A stretch of DNA of 63,994 nt, filler included, from Octopus bimaculoides (GCF_001194135.2; 5 parts of 5 records of this genome joined end to end with filler, not necessarily neighbours in it), one strand, 5' to 3'; positions 1 to 12,991 are shown, counted from the whole stretch's first letter. The notes: generated by a model from the sequence alone, not told the origin. Numbers and translations are program-made.

Positions 1-1232
1 GAGGACAAGCACAGATACACAAACATATACATATATATACGACGGGCTTCTTTCAGTTTCCGTCTACCAAATCCACTCGCAAGGCTTTGGTCGGCCCGTG
101 GCTATAGTAGAAGACACTTGTCCAAGGTGTCACGCAGTGGGACTGAACCCGGAACCATGTGATTGCTAAGCAAGCTACTTACCACACACCCACTCCTCCT
201 CCTGGTTGTTCACTTCTGTGAAAGAATCTTTCTGTTCTTGACATTCTCCCCATTCACGATTTCCTGCTCTTTTCTGGTAAAAGTTTACTATTTACGGAAG
301 TCTCATGTAACGGATGGATCGTAATAAAAATTTACTTAGAAAGATGAGATGGTCACTGGTGGAATTTCTTTGATGTGAATTTACTTGTCTAGGGCTGGTT
401 TTGCCAACACAAGTGTGCCCCCACCTCGACTTTGTTTCCTCATAACTTCCAGGAAAAAGATATTTTTTTAATATAATTTTCTACAAATACGCTTCAGATT
501 ATCTAGATTGCGATTATATCGGAATTTGGGAAAAATAAACTTGCGCACCTACACACACATGACGATTTGTTTTAGAAATTTCAAGTTTCATTTGGTAGAT
601 GTAATGTATGCGAGCCTACCGTTTATTTATTATTTTTTCTCTTATTAAATTCCAATATTATTGGAATCTAAACCACCTGGCAGGTATTTGTAGAAAAATT
701 GGATCTACAAGGAAACAAAGGAATAATAATAAAAAAAAAAACAAGGGTGTATTAAGCTGCAGAAGATGGTGGTGGTGGTGATGGTCGGTGGGGGAGTATA
801 TCCCAGAATAAATAGAATAAGTAGAGTGGACATTATTTTTATTGGACAAAGGTGGCAAACTGGCAGAATCATTAGCAATCCGGACAAAATGCTCAATGGC
901 GTTTCATCTGTGTTTACAGCTGGCTATATGACACTATCTGTGTCCTTATATTTTCAAACAAGGGAATCTAGCAAATATAAGGACACAGATCGTGTCATAT
1001 AGCCAGCTGGAGACGATGTCTCCTGGGGCTAAATTACAGCAACATTCGTCCTAAACCAGGACTGCCATGTTATGTTGGCAAACAATCTTTACTACAAAGT
1101 ACCCTTGCTGAATATCTCTTGTTGTGAGATTTAAAAATAGTAATTTTCCAATTGAGGTTATTGTCAATATTTTTGTTAAAATATAAATGAAATCTTACTT
1201 TATTTTGATTTTTTTCCCCCCTGTCTACATAG

Positions 1233-1370
1233 GTGTGTTATTTCAATCCGGTGATTAGACTCAGAGTACGCTCAGTTTGGAATATGCAAGCCACAAAGTC
1301 TGGTCGAATCCTGCTCTTCCTGGAAGATATATTCCATTTGAAGGAAGTTGGACCGTTAGCCAATTCTGAG
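1233..1370 (+). CDS. MLYCD: MLYCD N-terminal exon ([24 protein letters not shown]...ANSE)
   Basis: Polypyrimidine acceptor ctacatag at 1232, donor gtgaat at 1371, 138 nt, phase 0 into the next exon; in-frame ATG at 1284. Confidence 0.7.
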
Positions 1371-4300
1371 GTGAATTATTTTCTCTTTGTGTTGTTCATT
1401 TTCTTCATGGTTTCACAATGGGCCCATGGTTTTGGGTTCAGTCCCACTGTGTGACACCTGATCTTTACATATATATATAAAAAGAATAAAAAGTGTGTTT
1501 GTATGTGTTGGTGTTTGGCGTGCATTGGTCTTTATATATATATCTGTGTATACATTGGTATGCGTGTATGTATGTATATGAGTTGTGTGTGTATGTGTGT
1601 TTACATGTGGTGTGTGTTGGTGGTTATAAATATGTTTGTCTGTACCTCATGTATGCTTGTGTGCATGCATGCACATGTATGTGTATGTGCATGTACATGT
1701 GTGTGCATGTACATGTGTGTGCATGCGCATGTGTATATGTGCACATGCATGTGTGTGTGTGTGTATATATAAAGAGGAGAACAATGGATTTTTTTGCTGA
1801 AGTATTCCATTGTTCTTGTAACATTTTAAAAGGAGCGATGCTGTGACTTGCATATAACATGTGACCTTGTGACACAGTTTGTGCCATTGTGTTTCGTTAT
1901 CTGAAGTGACTACTAGAAGCAATTGGAACAGAGCACACGAACACACGTTTGTGTATGTGTTTGTGTGTGGTAGATCTCTGTTATTCGACGACGATTGGCA
2001 GTTAGTTGTTGACTCACCTGAATTACCTGCAATTTGTTACATTGTAACCCATCCTCACTGTGTGTTACTCCTTGTTACATTCTCCTTTCTTATCACGATC
2101 GTTTATTTTTGTTGTTGTGTCATTTCATTCCAAGTTTCTGCAAGTGCTCCACCCTTATTGCAGCCCCTGTTATTATTATTTTGCCCCAAATTGGCCCTAA
2201 TCAAGAAAATCCATGATCAAGAATATCTGTGTCATGACCATCCTGTGTTTTCTTTCATGCATAGTTTATCTAAGAGTACATTGTCTGATGTGTTTTACCA
2301 TATTTAAGACAGGAAGTTTGGGCTGTAGATTAATTGATCAATCATGTACACGCTACCATCGTTGGCTCCTGCTTTTTCTTGTTTTAGAACCTGCAGTTTG
2401 GTAAGACGTGGCATTCCATTCGTTAAAGCTGTCTTTGTTTCTGTTTCTTCAGAGAAAATGTAAAGCCTTTTGCACGTTTTATGAGAAGTTGATGCCCCAG
2501 GAGAAGAGTGTATTTCTTCAGATTTTATCTCGAGATTATGGCATAAATCAGGAACTGGTGATGAAAACATCAAGGAACTTCATAAGTTCCAAGGTAGGTA
2601 CAGCTTTTAGCTTTAATTTTAAAAACTTTACAGAATGCTCTCTTTCATTTGTTTCAGTCATTTGACTGTGGCCCTGCTGGAGCACTACCTTTAGTTGAAC
2701 AAATCAACCCCAGGATTTATTCTTTGTGAGCCTAGTACTTATTCTACTAGTCTCTTTTGCCGAACCGCTAAGTCATGGGGACGTAAACACACCAACGTCA
2801 GTTGTCAAGTGAATTTGAACTCAGAACATAAAGACATGTAATACTGCTAAGCATTTCGCCTGCTGTGCTAACACATACATATATGTATGATGGGCTTCTT
2901 TTTAGTTTCTGTCTACCAAATCCACTCACAAGGGTTTGCTCGGCCCAAGGCTATAGTAGAAGACACTTGCCCAAGGTGCCATGCAGTGGGACTGAACCTG
3001 GAACCATGTGTACTATATGTGTATGTTTATTATATGTATTTGTGTATTTATATGTATACATGTGCTCATGTTCTGTTTCTCTTCTGTACAGACATCTGAA
3101 CTCAGTTTATTGAAAGCTGGGGAAATGCTGCGCAATGCCCTCACTCCGCAGTACAAGCAACTGTTTGTCAATATTGGTCGTATTGAAGGTGGCGTGAAAT
3201 TCTTGGTTGATTTACGAGGAGATGTTTTGGTAAGACTACAAAAAATTTTCTTTCAGTTATTCTCTTGTACGAGTCTCATAGAAATGGCATTCATTTTTTT
3301 TTTCATCTTGAATCTTCTTTGGAACTAGTGAAATATTTTTTTTTTGTCTTTTCTACTCTAGGCACAAGGCCCGGAATACTTGGGGAGGGGGCCAGTTGAT
3401 TAGATTGACTCCAGTATGCAACTGGTACTTAATTTATCGACCTTGTTTTTGAAGCTCTGAAGGAGCTGTCAGGTGAAGCACAGGCACTCAGCTCTGAGTG
3501 GACTGCACCTAATAGCAGAAACAGCTGTAAGCTTATGAAGTTCATTACATAATATCTACTTCCCTTATCTTTTATTACATTCTGTACTCAACTAATGCTT
3601 TATTCCGAAACAAGTTCATTGCTTTCTAACTCCAGGTTATTAATATGAAATTTTTCAAATTTATATAATCACACGTATCCACATATGTGCTCACACATAT
3701 ATANNNNNNNNNNNNNNNNNNNNNNNNNNNNNNNNNNNNNNNNNNNNNNNNNNNNNNNNNNNNNNNNNNNNNNNNNNNNNNNNNNNNNNNNNNNNNNNNN
3801 NNNNNNNNNNNNNNNNNNNNNNNNNNNNNNNNNNNNNNNNNNNNNNNNNNNNNNNNNNNNNNNNNNNNNNNNNNNNNNNNNNNNNNNNNNNNNNNNNNNN
3901 NNNNNNNNNNNNNNNNNNNNNNNNNNNNNNNNNNNNNNNNNNNNNNNNNNNNNNNNNNNNNNNNNNNNNNNNNNNNNNNNNNNNNNNNNNNNNNNNNNNN
4001 NNNNNNNNNNNNNNNNNNNNNNNNNNNNNNNNNNNNNNNNNNNNNNNNNNNNNNNNNNNNNNNNNNNNNNNNNNNNNNNNNNNNNNNNNNNNNNNNNNNN
4101 NNNNNNNNNNNNNNNNNNNNNNNNNNNNNNNNNNNNNNNNNNNNNNNNNNNNNNNNNNNNNNNNNNNNNNNNNNNNNNNNNNNNNNNNNNNNNNNNNNNN
4201 NNNNNNNNNNNNNNNNNNNNNNNNNNNNNNNNNNNNNNNNNNNNNNNNNNNNNNNNNNNNNNNNNNNNNNNNNNNNNNNNNNNNNNNNNNNNNNNNNNNN

Positions 4301-7064
4301 NNNNNNNNNNNNNNNNNNNNNNNNNNNNNNNNNNNNNNNNNNNNNNNNNNNNNNNNNNNNNNNNNNNNNNNNNNNNNNNNNNNNNNNNNNNNNNNNNNNN
4401 NNNNNNNNNNNNNNNNNNNNNNNNNNNNNNNNNNNNNNNNNNNNNNNNNNNNNNNACATAAAAGACACCATTTCGAGCGTGGCCGTTGCCAGTATCGCCT
4501 GACTGGCCTTCGTGCAGGTGACACGTAAAAGCACCTACTACACTCTCTGAGTGGTTGGCGTTAGGAAGGGCATCCAGCTGTAGAAACTCTGCCAAATTTA
4601 GATTGGAGCCTGGTGTTGCCATCCGGTTTCACCAGTCCTCGGTCAAGTCGTCCAACCCATGCTAGCATGGAAAGCGGACGTTAAACGATGATGATGATGA
4701 TGATATATATATAAAATTAAAATCGTTTTCTTGATTGCAGCATGAAATGACAGTGACTGGTTTAAACCAAGACAGTCCCCATCTACGGATCTTAAACTAT
4801 TCACTCCGAGAATTACTGAGTCTCTGGTTTTCTGTGGGTTTATTAAATTTACAAAGAATTACCTGGCAGTCACCATGTGATATGGTACAGAAGGTACGTC
4901 TCTCCCTCCAACTTTTAACTTATAATCTTTTCTAATCAAAACACAAAGCCTGAAATTTTTTGGGTGGGGAGTCAGTCAATTAGATCGATCCCTGTATGCA
5001 ACAAAAAATAAGCGAAACACAGGCATGCAACTGAGTTGAAGGCAGATTTACTTCTGCCTTTATAGCAAATAAAGAAAACAGTGTTGTAGGAATGTACGCA
5101 GCACGTATACTACAGCAGTACTATGCGTATAGCTTTAATACTGAGATTGAAAGGTAGGGGCAAATTATGCCTACCTAATCTACAAAAGAATAAAATATTT
5201 TGCATTTTATGCACAGTAATCAGAGTAACCTCCATAATTTTATTGAATTAGGTGCATATTTTGCCATAAAAGCAAAATATTGCTATCGATCTACTTTATT
5301 CAAGGTAGACATTGCCTACCTAGGTGGCATGTCCCTGATATGTATATATATATATATATATATTCTTTTACTTGTTTCAGTCATTTTGACTGTGGCCATG
5401 CTGGAGCACCGCCTTTAGTTGAACAATTCTTTGTAAGCCTAGTATCTATTCTATTGGCCTCTTTTACTGAACCACTAAGTTACGGGTACGTAAACACACC
5501 AATGTCGGTTGTCAACAGAATGAAACAAGAGAATCGGATTAAGTGTTCAGTACAACATCATGAATTACTTAAGCTTACACACATTTCACTAGTGAATACT
5601 GGTGTTTTATGTGATAATTGTAATGTAAATAACCGCATAAAAGGGTTGAAACATCAGATCTCCAGAGAAATACTGTAATTCAATTCGGTACTAGGTACTG
5701 ACAGGTTGGTTGATAGTGTGAAAACATGTCAGGTGTGTGTGTGTTCTTTTATTTGCGGATTAACAAGGTTGCCAGTGGTTTCATGTAGAGAGTGATCTCT
5801 TAACAACTTTCAAGCCTGCTGCATGAGAACAGTACTTGTCTCCATTTTGGATGAGAATACGTGAGGTTACATGAGGCTGTACAGGATTTCAGGACAAATG
5901 ATTATACAGATCATGGGGGGGGTAACATACACACACACATATTTGTATTAATAATAGAAGATGGATCGAATGATATTCTTTATTTAAAATCTCTACAATT
6001 GTTTCAACACACTTTTACACTTGTAGTATGTTGTTTTTAGCTTTTTATATCTATGTGTGTGTGAGTATCTATCTATAAGTTTATCTCTCTTTCTCTATGT
6101 ATGAATAACTGAATGAATGATTTTTGCTTTTTGTTTTCCATAGATCTCCGAGTATGAAGCTGTCCATCCAATTCGAAACTGGACCGACCTGAAACGCCGT
6201 GTTGGCTCCTACCGACGTTGTTTCGTATTCATTCACAATGCTATGCCAAGGGAGCCAGTTGTTGTGCTCCACACGGCCCTCACAGATACAATCCCATCAA
6301 GCATTCATGTAAGTAATTGATAGTAGAGGGAACTACATCAAATTTTGGTTCAGTCCCACAACTTGGTACCTCTTAGAAAATGTCTTCTACTATAGCTCCT
6401 AGCCAACCAAATCCTTCTGAGCAGATTTTGTAGACAAAAACTGGAAGAAGCTCATTGTGTGTGTGTGTGACCTTGTGTTGACATTGTATGGAAGTTGTAT
6501 ATGAGTGCCACTATCATACAAGCAGTGTCCTTCATTTCTAGCCTTCTGCGAAATCATGTCTGGCCATGGGGAAATATTACTTAGCTGGGGAACGCATGAG
6601 GATTAGCAACAGGAAAGGCATCCAGCTGTAAAAAAAAAAAAACATCTGCTCCAACAAATTCCATCTGATTCATGCAAGCATAGAAAAGTGGACATTGAAA
6701 CGATGACACTTATAGTAGAAGAGAATTGGTCGATGAAAGAATGATCATTTTCAGTTTTTTTTCTTTCTTACCTTTTTTCAGTCTATAATTAAATCAAACA
6801 TCCGTCGGAGCACATCAGTTGAAACAGTTCCCCTGGAAGACGATCCCGAGACAGAATTAACTGATGATATTTCAACTGCTGTATTTTATTCCATCACATC
6901 CACCCAAAAAGGTATTTATAAATTCCTTTCTGCTTTTCACTTTGAGCTCAGCATGCAACTGGTACTTTTTTTATTGACCCCAAAAGGGATTTGAACTCAG
7001 AATGTAAGGAGCCAGATGAAATGCCACCAAACATTTCACCTGGCTTGCTAATGATTCTGCCTTC

Positions 7065-7106
<42 letters not shown>

Positions 7107-10100
7107 CCTTTCTAATACAGAAACAAGGCCTGAGATTGTGGGGAAGGTGGGGCTAGTTGAATACAATTGACTCCAGCGCATAACTGATACATTGCCCCCC
7201 GCACTTTCAACAATCTTTCAAGTGATCAAGACAGTTCTGATAATCTTTCCTGTCCATAACAAACAAGCTTTCTCTTGAAACTGAACAGGACATTCCATTC
7301 CAGTCTCCTCCAACCATTTGTTTATATCATTACTTACAATCCCTAATGATGCACCAATTATTACAGGCGCAACATTTACAGTTTTCATATTCCAAATTCT
7401 CAGAATTGCAAATGTTTTTTTATCATTATCATTATCATTATTATTATTTGTTGTTGTTGTTTTATAGGTCTGCAAAGTGTTGACCTTGGAAATTACTTGA
7501 TCAAACGAGTAGTGCGAGAGCTGCAAGCAGAATTCCCACACATGTCAGTTTTCACAAGTTTATCTCCAGTTCCTGGTTTTAGAGATTGGCTCCTCAAAGA
7601 GATTACAAAGAAGATTCAGCTCATGCGTAAGGAACCTTTTGGTTCTTCTTTTTCTTTTTTCCATTATCGTCGTCCTTGAATTTTAGGATGAGAGCATGAG
7701 GTGGGGGTGGAAGTTTAACGATGCTTTGTTTCTCTTGATGATAACAGAACACTCATTAACACTGTTGTAATTACACATCATTATACAAACATACACTGTT
7801 ATGAATACATATCATTATAAATACACATGTTTATATAAACATACACTCTCGGAGTGGTTGGCGTTAGGAAGGGCATCCAGCTGTAGAAACTCTGCCAGAT
7901 CATATTGGAGCCTGGTGCAGCCTTCTGGCTTGCCAGCCCTCAGTCAAACCGTCCAACCCATGCCAGCATGGAAAGTGGACGATAAACGATGACGACGACA
8001 GTGATGATGATGATGATGTTATGACTTATAATACTGAGTGGTAAGATGGCAGAATTGTTAGCATGCTGAACAAAACGGTTACTCTTTTATTCTTTTACTT
8101 GTTTCACTCATTTGACTGTGGCCATGCTGGAGCACTGCCTTTAGTCGAACAAATCGAGCCCAGGACTTATTCTTTCAGTGTCTTTTGCCGAACCGTTAAT
8201 TTACGAGGACATAAACGCATGAGCATCAGTTGTCAAGCGATGATACGGGGACAAACACAGACACACAAACACACACACACATATATATATGACGGGCTTC
8301 TTTCAGTTTCCGTCTACCAAATTCACTCACAGGGCTTTGGTTGGCCTGAGGCTATAGTAGAAGACACTTTTCCAAGGTGCCACGCAGTGGGACTGAACCT
8401 GAAGTCATGTGGTTGGTAAGCAAGCTACTTACCATACAGCCGCTCCTTGGCCCACGCCAATAGCACCACCTGGCGAAGTTATTCAAATCAGGAATTGGAC
8501 AACATGGGCCACTTAAGTAGAGAGTTATTGTTTACAGAGACATATCCAGATGTTGGAGGTTTATCTGAAATTTCTTGAAGGAATTTTTCCAAAGACTTCT
8601 TGAACTTTGTGGTCTGTTTCTGTTTGAATAAGTTTTGGTGAAATGTTAAAGAGAGCGGGGCCAATGGAGTTGCAATAATTGTGCCATATTTTTGTTGAGA
8701 TGCGCGTGTGATTTACGTTGTGGGTGGATAGCACAGGGCTCAAGCCTTGAGTGTATCTTAAAGGTGATGCCAACATCATTTGGGCAATGCTGATGGAATA
8801 TTTTCCACATCATGCTGATTATGTAGCATTCACGGCGATGTTGGAGGTCAACAAAAACAGGGCAAATTTAACTATTTCTATGTAGAATGCAAAAAAGTGA
8901 TGAACAGCCTTGATCAATATGTGTGTGTGTATGACTATAGACTCACATAACAACATGTATGTCATTGTAGATACTCACTATTTTAAGTACACTTCATTAT
9001 GTGGACTGCTATATATATACATTAATATAAACTAAAATTGCTATAAATACATGTCATTATTGCTATATATACAAGATTTTATACAATTGTCAAAGTAATT
9101 AATTATATATCCTGAATCTAGGTTATTGATTATATACTTCCTGTCTACGTCTCTTTATGCTGGTATTTTAATTATTAGCATTTGTATTGGTTTTAATTAT
9201 TGGAAAGTGGCCATGCCAGAGCAAAAATTCTCTTTAAAGTATTCCATTGCATAATTTAAACACTGAGGTATGGTTTATGTTTAATTACCATGGAGACAGT
9301 TGATAATTAACTGTCTGTTCATAACTGAATACAAGCATGACTGTGTCATTAAGAAGGTTTGCTTCTCAATCATGTGGTTTCAAGTTCAATCCCACTGCAT
9401 GACGACTTATGCAAGTGATTTCTACTCTAGCCCCAACACAATTTATGCCTTGTGGGTGAATTTCATTGGTGGAAACTGTGTTGAAGCCTATCTTATGCAT
9501 GTCTTGATGACTCTTGGTTTTAATAAAAAGAAAGCTGATGGCTTCCCTATTCCATCATTTTATGTTTACCTTATTTCCCTTTATTTCTATTTCACTTCCC
9601 AGATCTCGGAGAACAAATGGACATGTCCCTCTTTGCTCAAGAAGATATATATAATCTGCGTGGTTATTTTGATCTTAATACTATGGCAGGACTTGAAAAA
9701 CTGAAGAAGACACTTCAAACAAATTCCTGGTACCAGGAAGAACAGTTGAACGTTTTATTAAAGAACCCACTAATGAGACTATGTGCACAGTACCTGTATG
9801 TTGAAAAACGGAGAGGATATGCTTTAAATCCTGTTGGTGAGTAGTAGCTTTCCTTTTATCACCGGTTTCCCAATATTAATTCAAGGAATAAGGGAGGTAA
9901 GCACTGGGTCTTGTCATATAATTATCTTTCCTGAAAGACTTTTCTACAAATCCCATTATAATGATTCTTGTAATAATTATATTAATATTATATTATCGAA
10001 TATTTATTTGATACTAAATGATCAGGTGTAAAGTGAACAGCCAGCAGACATAATTAAAACAATGACATATACATCATGTTCGTTTTTAATACATTCATAG

Positions 10101-10615
10101 ATTCGAATGCAAGTAGGTTTATGTTTAACTGCGGAAGTGCCTCACCCACCCAACTTTGTTTCTTCATAACTTTCAGAAAAAATATTTTACATTGAAACCT
10201 TGTGTAAATACCTTTCCGACAGAGTAGCTTTCGATTATATTGGAATTTAATTCTTTTGGAGGTCTGTACCAGTGCTAGGTTAGATGCAATTAACTCACTT
10301 CCTTAAAAATGCTTGTGTCAGAATTAAAACTAGTATTATTTTTTTATAATTTTCTTAATTTCTTTTCTTTTTACAGCAAATTTCCATTTAGGCAATGGTG
10401 CCGTCTTATGGCGTCTCAACTGGTTGGCTGATGTTTCTCCAAGGGGTCTAGGACAATCTTGTAGCATGATGGTCAACTACAGATATTTCTTAGACGAGTC
10501 TGAAAAGAACAGTCTCAACTATTTGGAGTGTCAACAGATCCCAGCTTCCAGTCAAGTAACAGATTTGGTGGCTGATGTGAAGAAAGATTTTTCCACAGAC
10601 AATGCTCCAGTTTAA
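1233..10615 (+). CDS. MLYCD: Malonyl-CoA decarboxylase, spliced gene: exons 1233-1370, 2453-2593, 3092-3229, 4741-4893, 6144-6308, 6782-6911, 7468-7626, 9603-9836, 10377-10615; 5-prime-most exon probably outside the window
   Basis: All introns are GT..AG with compatible phases and join into one open frame. Hallmark MCD motifs: [110 protein letters not shown]. Confidence 0.97.
2453..2593 (+). CDS. MLYCD: MLYCD exon ([13 protein letters not shown]...[11 protein letters not shown])
   Basis: ttcttcag acceptor, gtaggt donor, 141 nt; resembles the MCD N-terminal helical domain. Confidence 0.88.
3092..3229 (+). CDS. MLYCD: MLYCD exon ([13 protein letters not shown]...[14 protein letters not shown])
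   Basis: ctgtacag acceptor, gtaaga donor, 138 nt. Confidence 0.95.
3452..3534 (+). ncRNA. Degenerate hammerhead fold in an MLYCD intron (sense strand)
   Basis: AAGCT/AGCTT stem I; core CTGAAGG (A9 to G); stem II GCTGTCAGGTG/CACCTAATAGC with an inner CACTCAG/CTGAGTG hairpin; GAA-ACAGCTGT-A, identical to the 40646 copy. Confidence 0.55.
4741..4893 (+). CDS. MLYCD: MLYCD exon ([30 protein letters not shown])
   Basis: attgcag acceptor, gtacgt donor, 153 nt. Confidence 0.95.
6144..6308 (+). CDS. MLYCD: MLYCD exon ([13 protein letters not shown]...[11 protein letters not shown])
   Basis: ttccatag acceptor, gtaagt donor, 165 nt. Confidence 0.96.
6782..6911 (+). CDS. MLYCD: MLYCD exon (SIIKSN...[14 protein letters not shown])
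   Basis: ttttcag acceptor, gtattt donor, 130 nt, ends in phase 1. Confidence 0.93.
7218..7412 (-). mobile_element. Restriction-like-endonuclease (R4/Dong-type) non-LTR retrotransposon 3-prime fragment
   Basis: [35 protein letters not shown]...[17 protein letters not shown]. Confidence 0.78.
7468..7626 (+). CDS. MLYCD: MLYCD exon ([24 protein letters not shown]...[12 protein letters not shown])
   Basis: tttatag acceptor, gtaagg donor, 159 nt; contains the catalytic-Ser SLSP motif. Confidence 0.96.
8095..8445 (-). mobile_element. Full-length tRNA/CORE-like SINE (family B) with an internal (TA)n(TG)n tract
   Basis: tRNA-like head, ACCTTGG.AAGTG CORE-like motif, internal microsatellite, tail CAGCATGGCCACAGTCAAATGA.TGAAACAAGTAAAAGAATA. 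Partial copies at about 1-195, 2645-3010, 5365-5520, 9345-9500, 11465-11600, 12720-12860, 16060-16265, 18240-18380, 28380-28500, 33100-33255, 35460-35640, 35937-36130, 43810-43975, 44107-44195, 47110-47485, 53570-53635, 53955-54110, 61425-61620. Confidence 0.8.
8470..8860 (-). mobile_element. CR1/L2-type LINE 3-prime fragment
   Basis: [24 protein letters not shown]..., followed by remnants of IPDKPP and NNNSL motifs. Confidence 0.65.
9603..9836 (+). CDS. MLYCD: MLYCD exon (...[23 protein letters not shown])
   Basis: cttcccag acceptor, gtgagt donor, 234 nt. Confidence 0.95.
10377..10615 (+). CDS. MLYCD: MLYCD last coding exon ([16 protein letters not shown]...DNAPV*)
   Basis: ttttacag acceptor, catalytic His motif NFHL, TAA at 10613-10615; AATAAA at 11029 and 11227. 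Confidence 0.96.
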
Positions 10616-10749
10616 GACACACACACACACCTACATGCATATACTCAATCACACACAGACACGTGTGTGTGTGTGTATTTGATGGAGAATGCAACTTACA
10701 GGTTCCTGAAGAACTCAACTACATAACCATAACCTTTCTAGGATTACTG

Positions 10750-10785
<36 letters not shown>

Positions 10786-10876
10786 CACATGCATACATAA
10801 ATATATACATACATGTACATATGTGTGTGTGTGTGTGTGTATGCATACATAAGTAAACAACAGGTTGTGCAGTGCG

Positions 10877-10912
<36 letters not shown>

Positions 10913-12991
10913 GGGGGGGAGTTGGTATATCTGATGTAACAACCTTCTACTGTGGATAATGAATTAACAAAGGTGTATGGAATATGACTGAGATATATGG
11001 ATGGACTAATGATTGATGCAGATGTGACAATAAAATACGTGGAAGGTGGGGTGGGGGAATAGATTAATAAGAATAACATAAAAAAACTGATGACTAAAGA
11101 CTAAAAATATAAACTGTTCCTTCAGTGGATAAGTCTAGTTTAATACCGTTGCATTCAACATCCTGATTTCAAACCTGTAGCACACACACACACACACTCA
11201 CTTCTAAAGGTTTTCTTTAAGAATCAAATAAAATGAAACATGATTTGAAATTACATGGACTCGGACATTGAAATACTTTTGTATAATGAGGTTAACATGT
11301 AACAAATACTGTGCAATGAAAATGCATGCATTATAATATCTTGATTTAATAATTGTATTTTCGTTAAGTAAATTTCATTGTAAAATAAGTGTTGAATTGT
11401 TATAAACACATTATATATACACACACATCAACAAAGGACAAATCTTGTATTATATACACACACATGGGCAGAGGCACAACTGTGGATTAAGGCGATCCGT
11501 TCATAGTTTTCATTTTGGTTTCACTACACAGCACCTTGGGGCAAGTGTCTTCTTTTATAGCCTTAGGCTGTCCAAAGTGGCTTTGGGAAACAGAAAATGA
11601 AAAAAAGCGTGTTGTATACATATCGTTGCTATTATGTTAAACTGCTGTATGTCCAAATTTGGCCAAATGCATTTTTTTTTTTGCAATATTTATTTTTGCT
11701 TGCAATAGCCAGTTCTTTTGGTCAAACTATCGTATCTCCATGCAAGCTTGGACAAATGGACATTAAAATGATAAATAGGGGTAGGGCTGAGGATGACAGG
11801 AGACTGAGACTTCTGGCAGTTTGCTGTGCTTAAGAAGACATGTCACACTAAGTAAATATGTGGTGGTCCTTGCATACAGGCTTGTCCCTGCATCCCTCTC
11901 GAGCTGAGCATTTCTAATCTTGCAGGCTTGTGGGTGCTGGTGCCTTGTAAAAAGCAATCCATGCTGGTGCTGCGTATAAGCACCCACGACACTATGTAAA
12001 GTGGTTGGCATTAAGGAGGGCATCCTGATGTAGAAAACAAAGCCAAAACAGACATGGAGGCAGAACAGCCCTTCAGCTCTTGTCAAACCGTCCAACTCAT
12101 GCCAGCATGGAAAGTAGATGTTAAATGATGACTACGGTGATGAAACTTACACCATGGGCTTCCATGTGGTTTCTGCCTTTTAAATCCATTCCAAAGGCAT
12201 CGGCTGGTGAGGGGGCCATAGGAGAGTTCCCTCCCCAAGCCACCATGCAGTAACCACGTAACCATATATGCACCAAACAACATAACATATAAAGAATACG
12301 AGTTAAGGGAGATAACTGTGAGAATCATGAATATGAACAACAAATATCGTACAAGACATTCGTCCAAGGAACCCTGTAATGGGACTGAACCCGAGATCAC
12401 GTGGTTAGGAAGCAAACTATATATATATAATAATAATAATATAGATTTAATGAAAAGATTAAATGTGGTACTTAAAATGTTTGAGGCACCAGAATTTGGT
12501 AGGGTAAAAACCAAAAATGTACCCATTACACTCTTACACTCTCAGAGTGGTTGGCGTTTGGAAGGGCATCCAGCCATAGAAGTCTTGCCAGATCAGATTT
12601 GAGCCAAGTGCAGCCTACCGGTTTGCCAGTCCTCAGTCAAACCGTCCAACCCATGCCAGCATGGAAAATGGACGTTAAACAATGATGATATATACACACA
12701 CACACAACAGTATTCTTTCAGATTTTTCTGTTTACCAAATCCATTCACACAGGCTTTTTAATTGGCCAGGAGCCATAGTAGAGGCCACTTGTCCAAAGTG
12801 CCCTGCATTTAGGCTAAAACTGAAACCATGTGGCTGGGAAGCTGACATTTTAACCCACAGACCTTCTGATGAAGGTCTTGGAATTACATTTATTAGAACA
12901 GCTAATGAAACAAAGAATTTATTAAAGAGTAAAAAATATTTTAGATTCGTTTTACTTGTTTGTTTTTATTTTCCTTTTTTTCTTTCATGTC

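Noticed and set aside
1493-1946. ORFs rich in CV/YI/HT dipeptides (here and throughout the window)
   Set aside because: Translations of (TG)n, (TA)n and (TATG)n microsatellites
3626-4622. Long ORFs of 250-320 aa across N-runs (also near 17.3, 20, 27.7, 30.5, 33.7, 35.7, 40.9, 55.6 and 57.5 kb)
   Set aside because: They consist of X residues from assembly gaps and are not coding evidence
12860-12910. CTGATGAAGG...GAACAGCTA and other weak hammerhead-like words (also about 25592, 32765-32800, 43025-43070 minus, 62585-62625)
   Set aside because: Missing GAAA spacing, stems or core bases; at best heavily decayed relics
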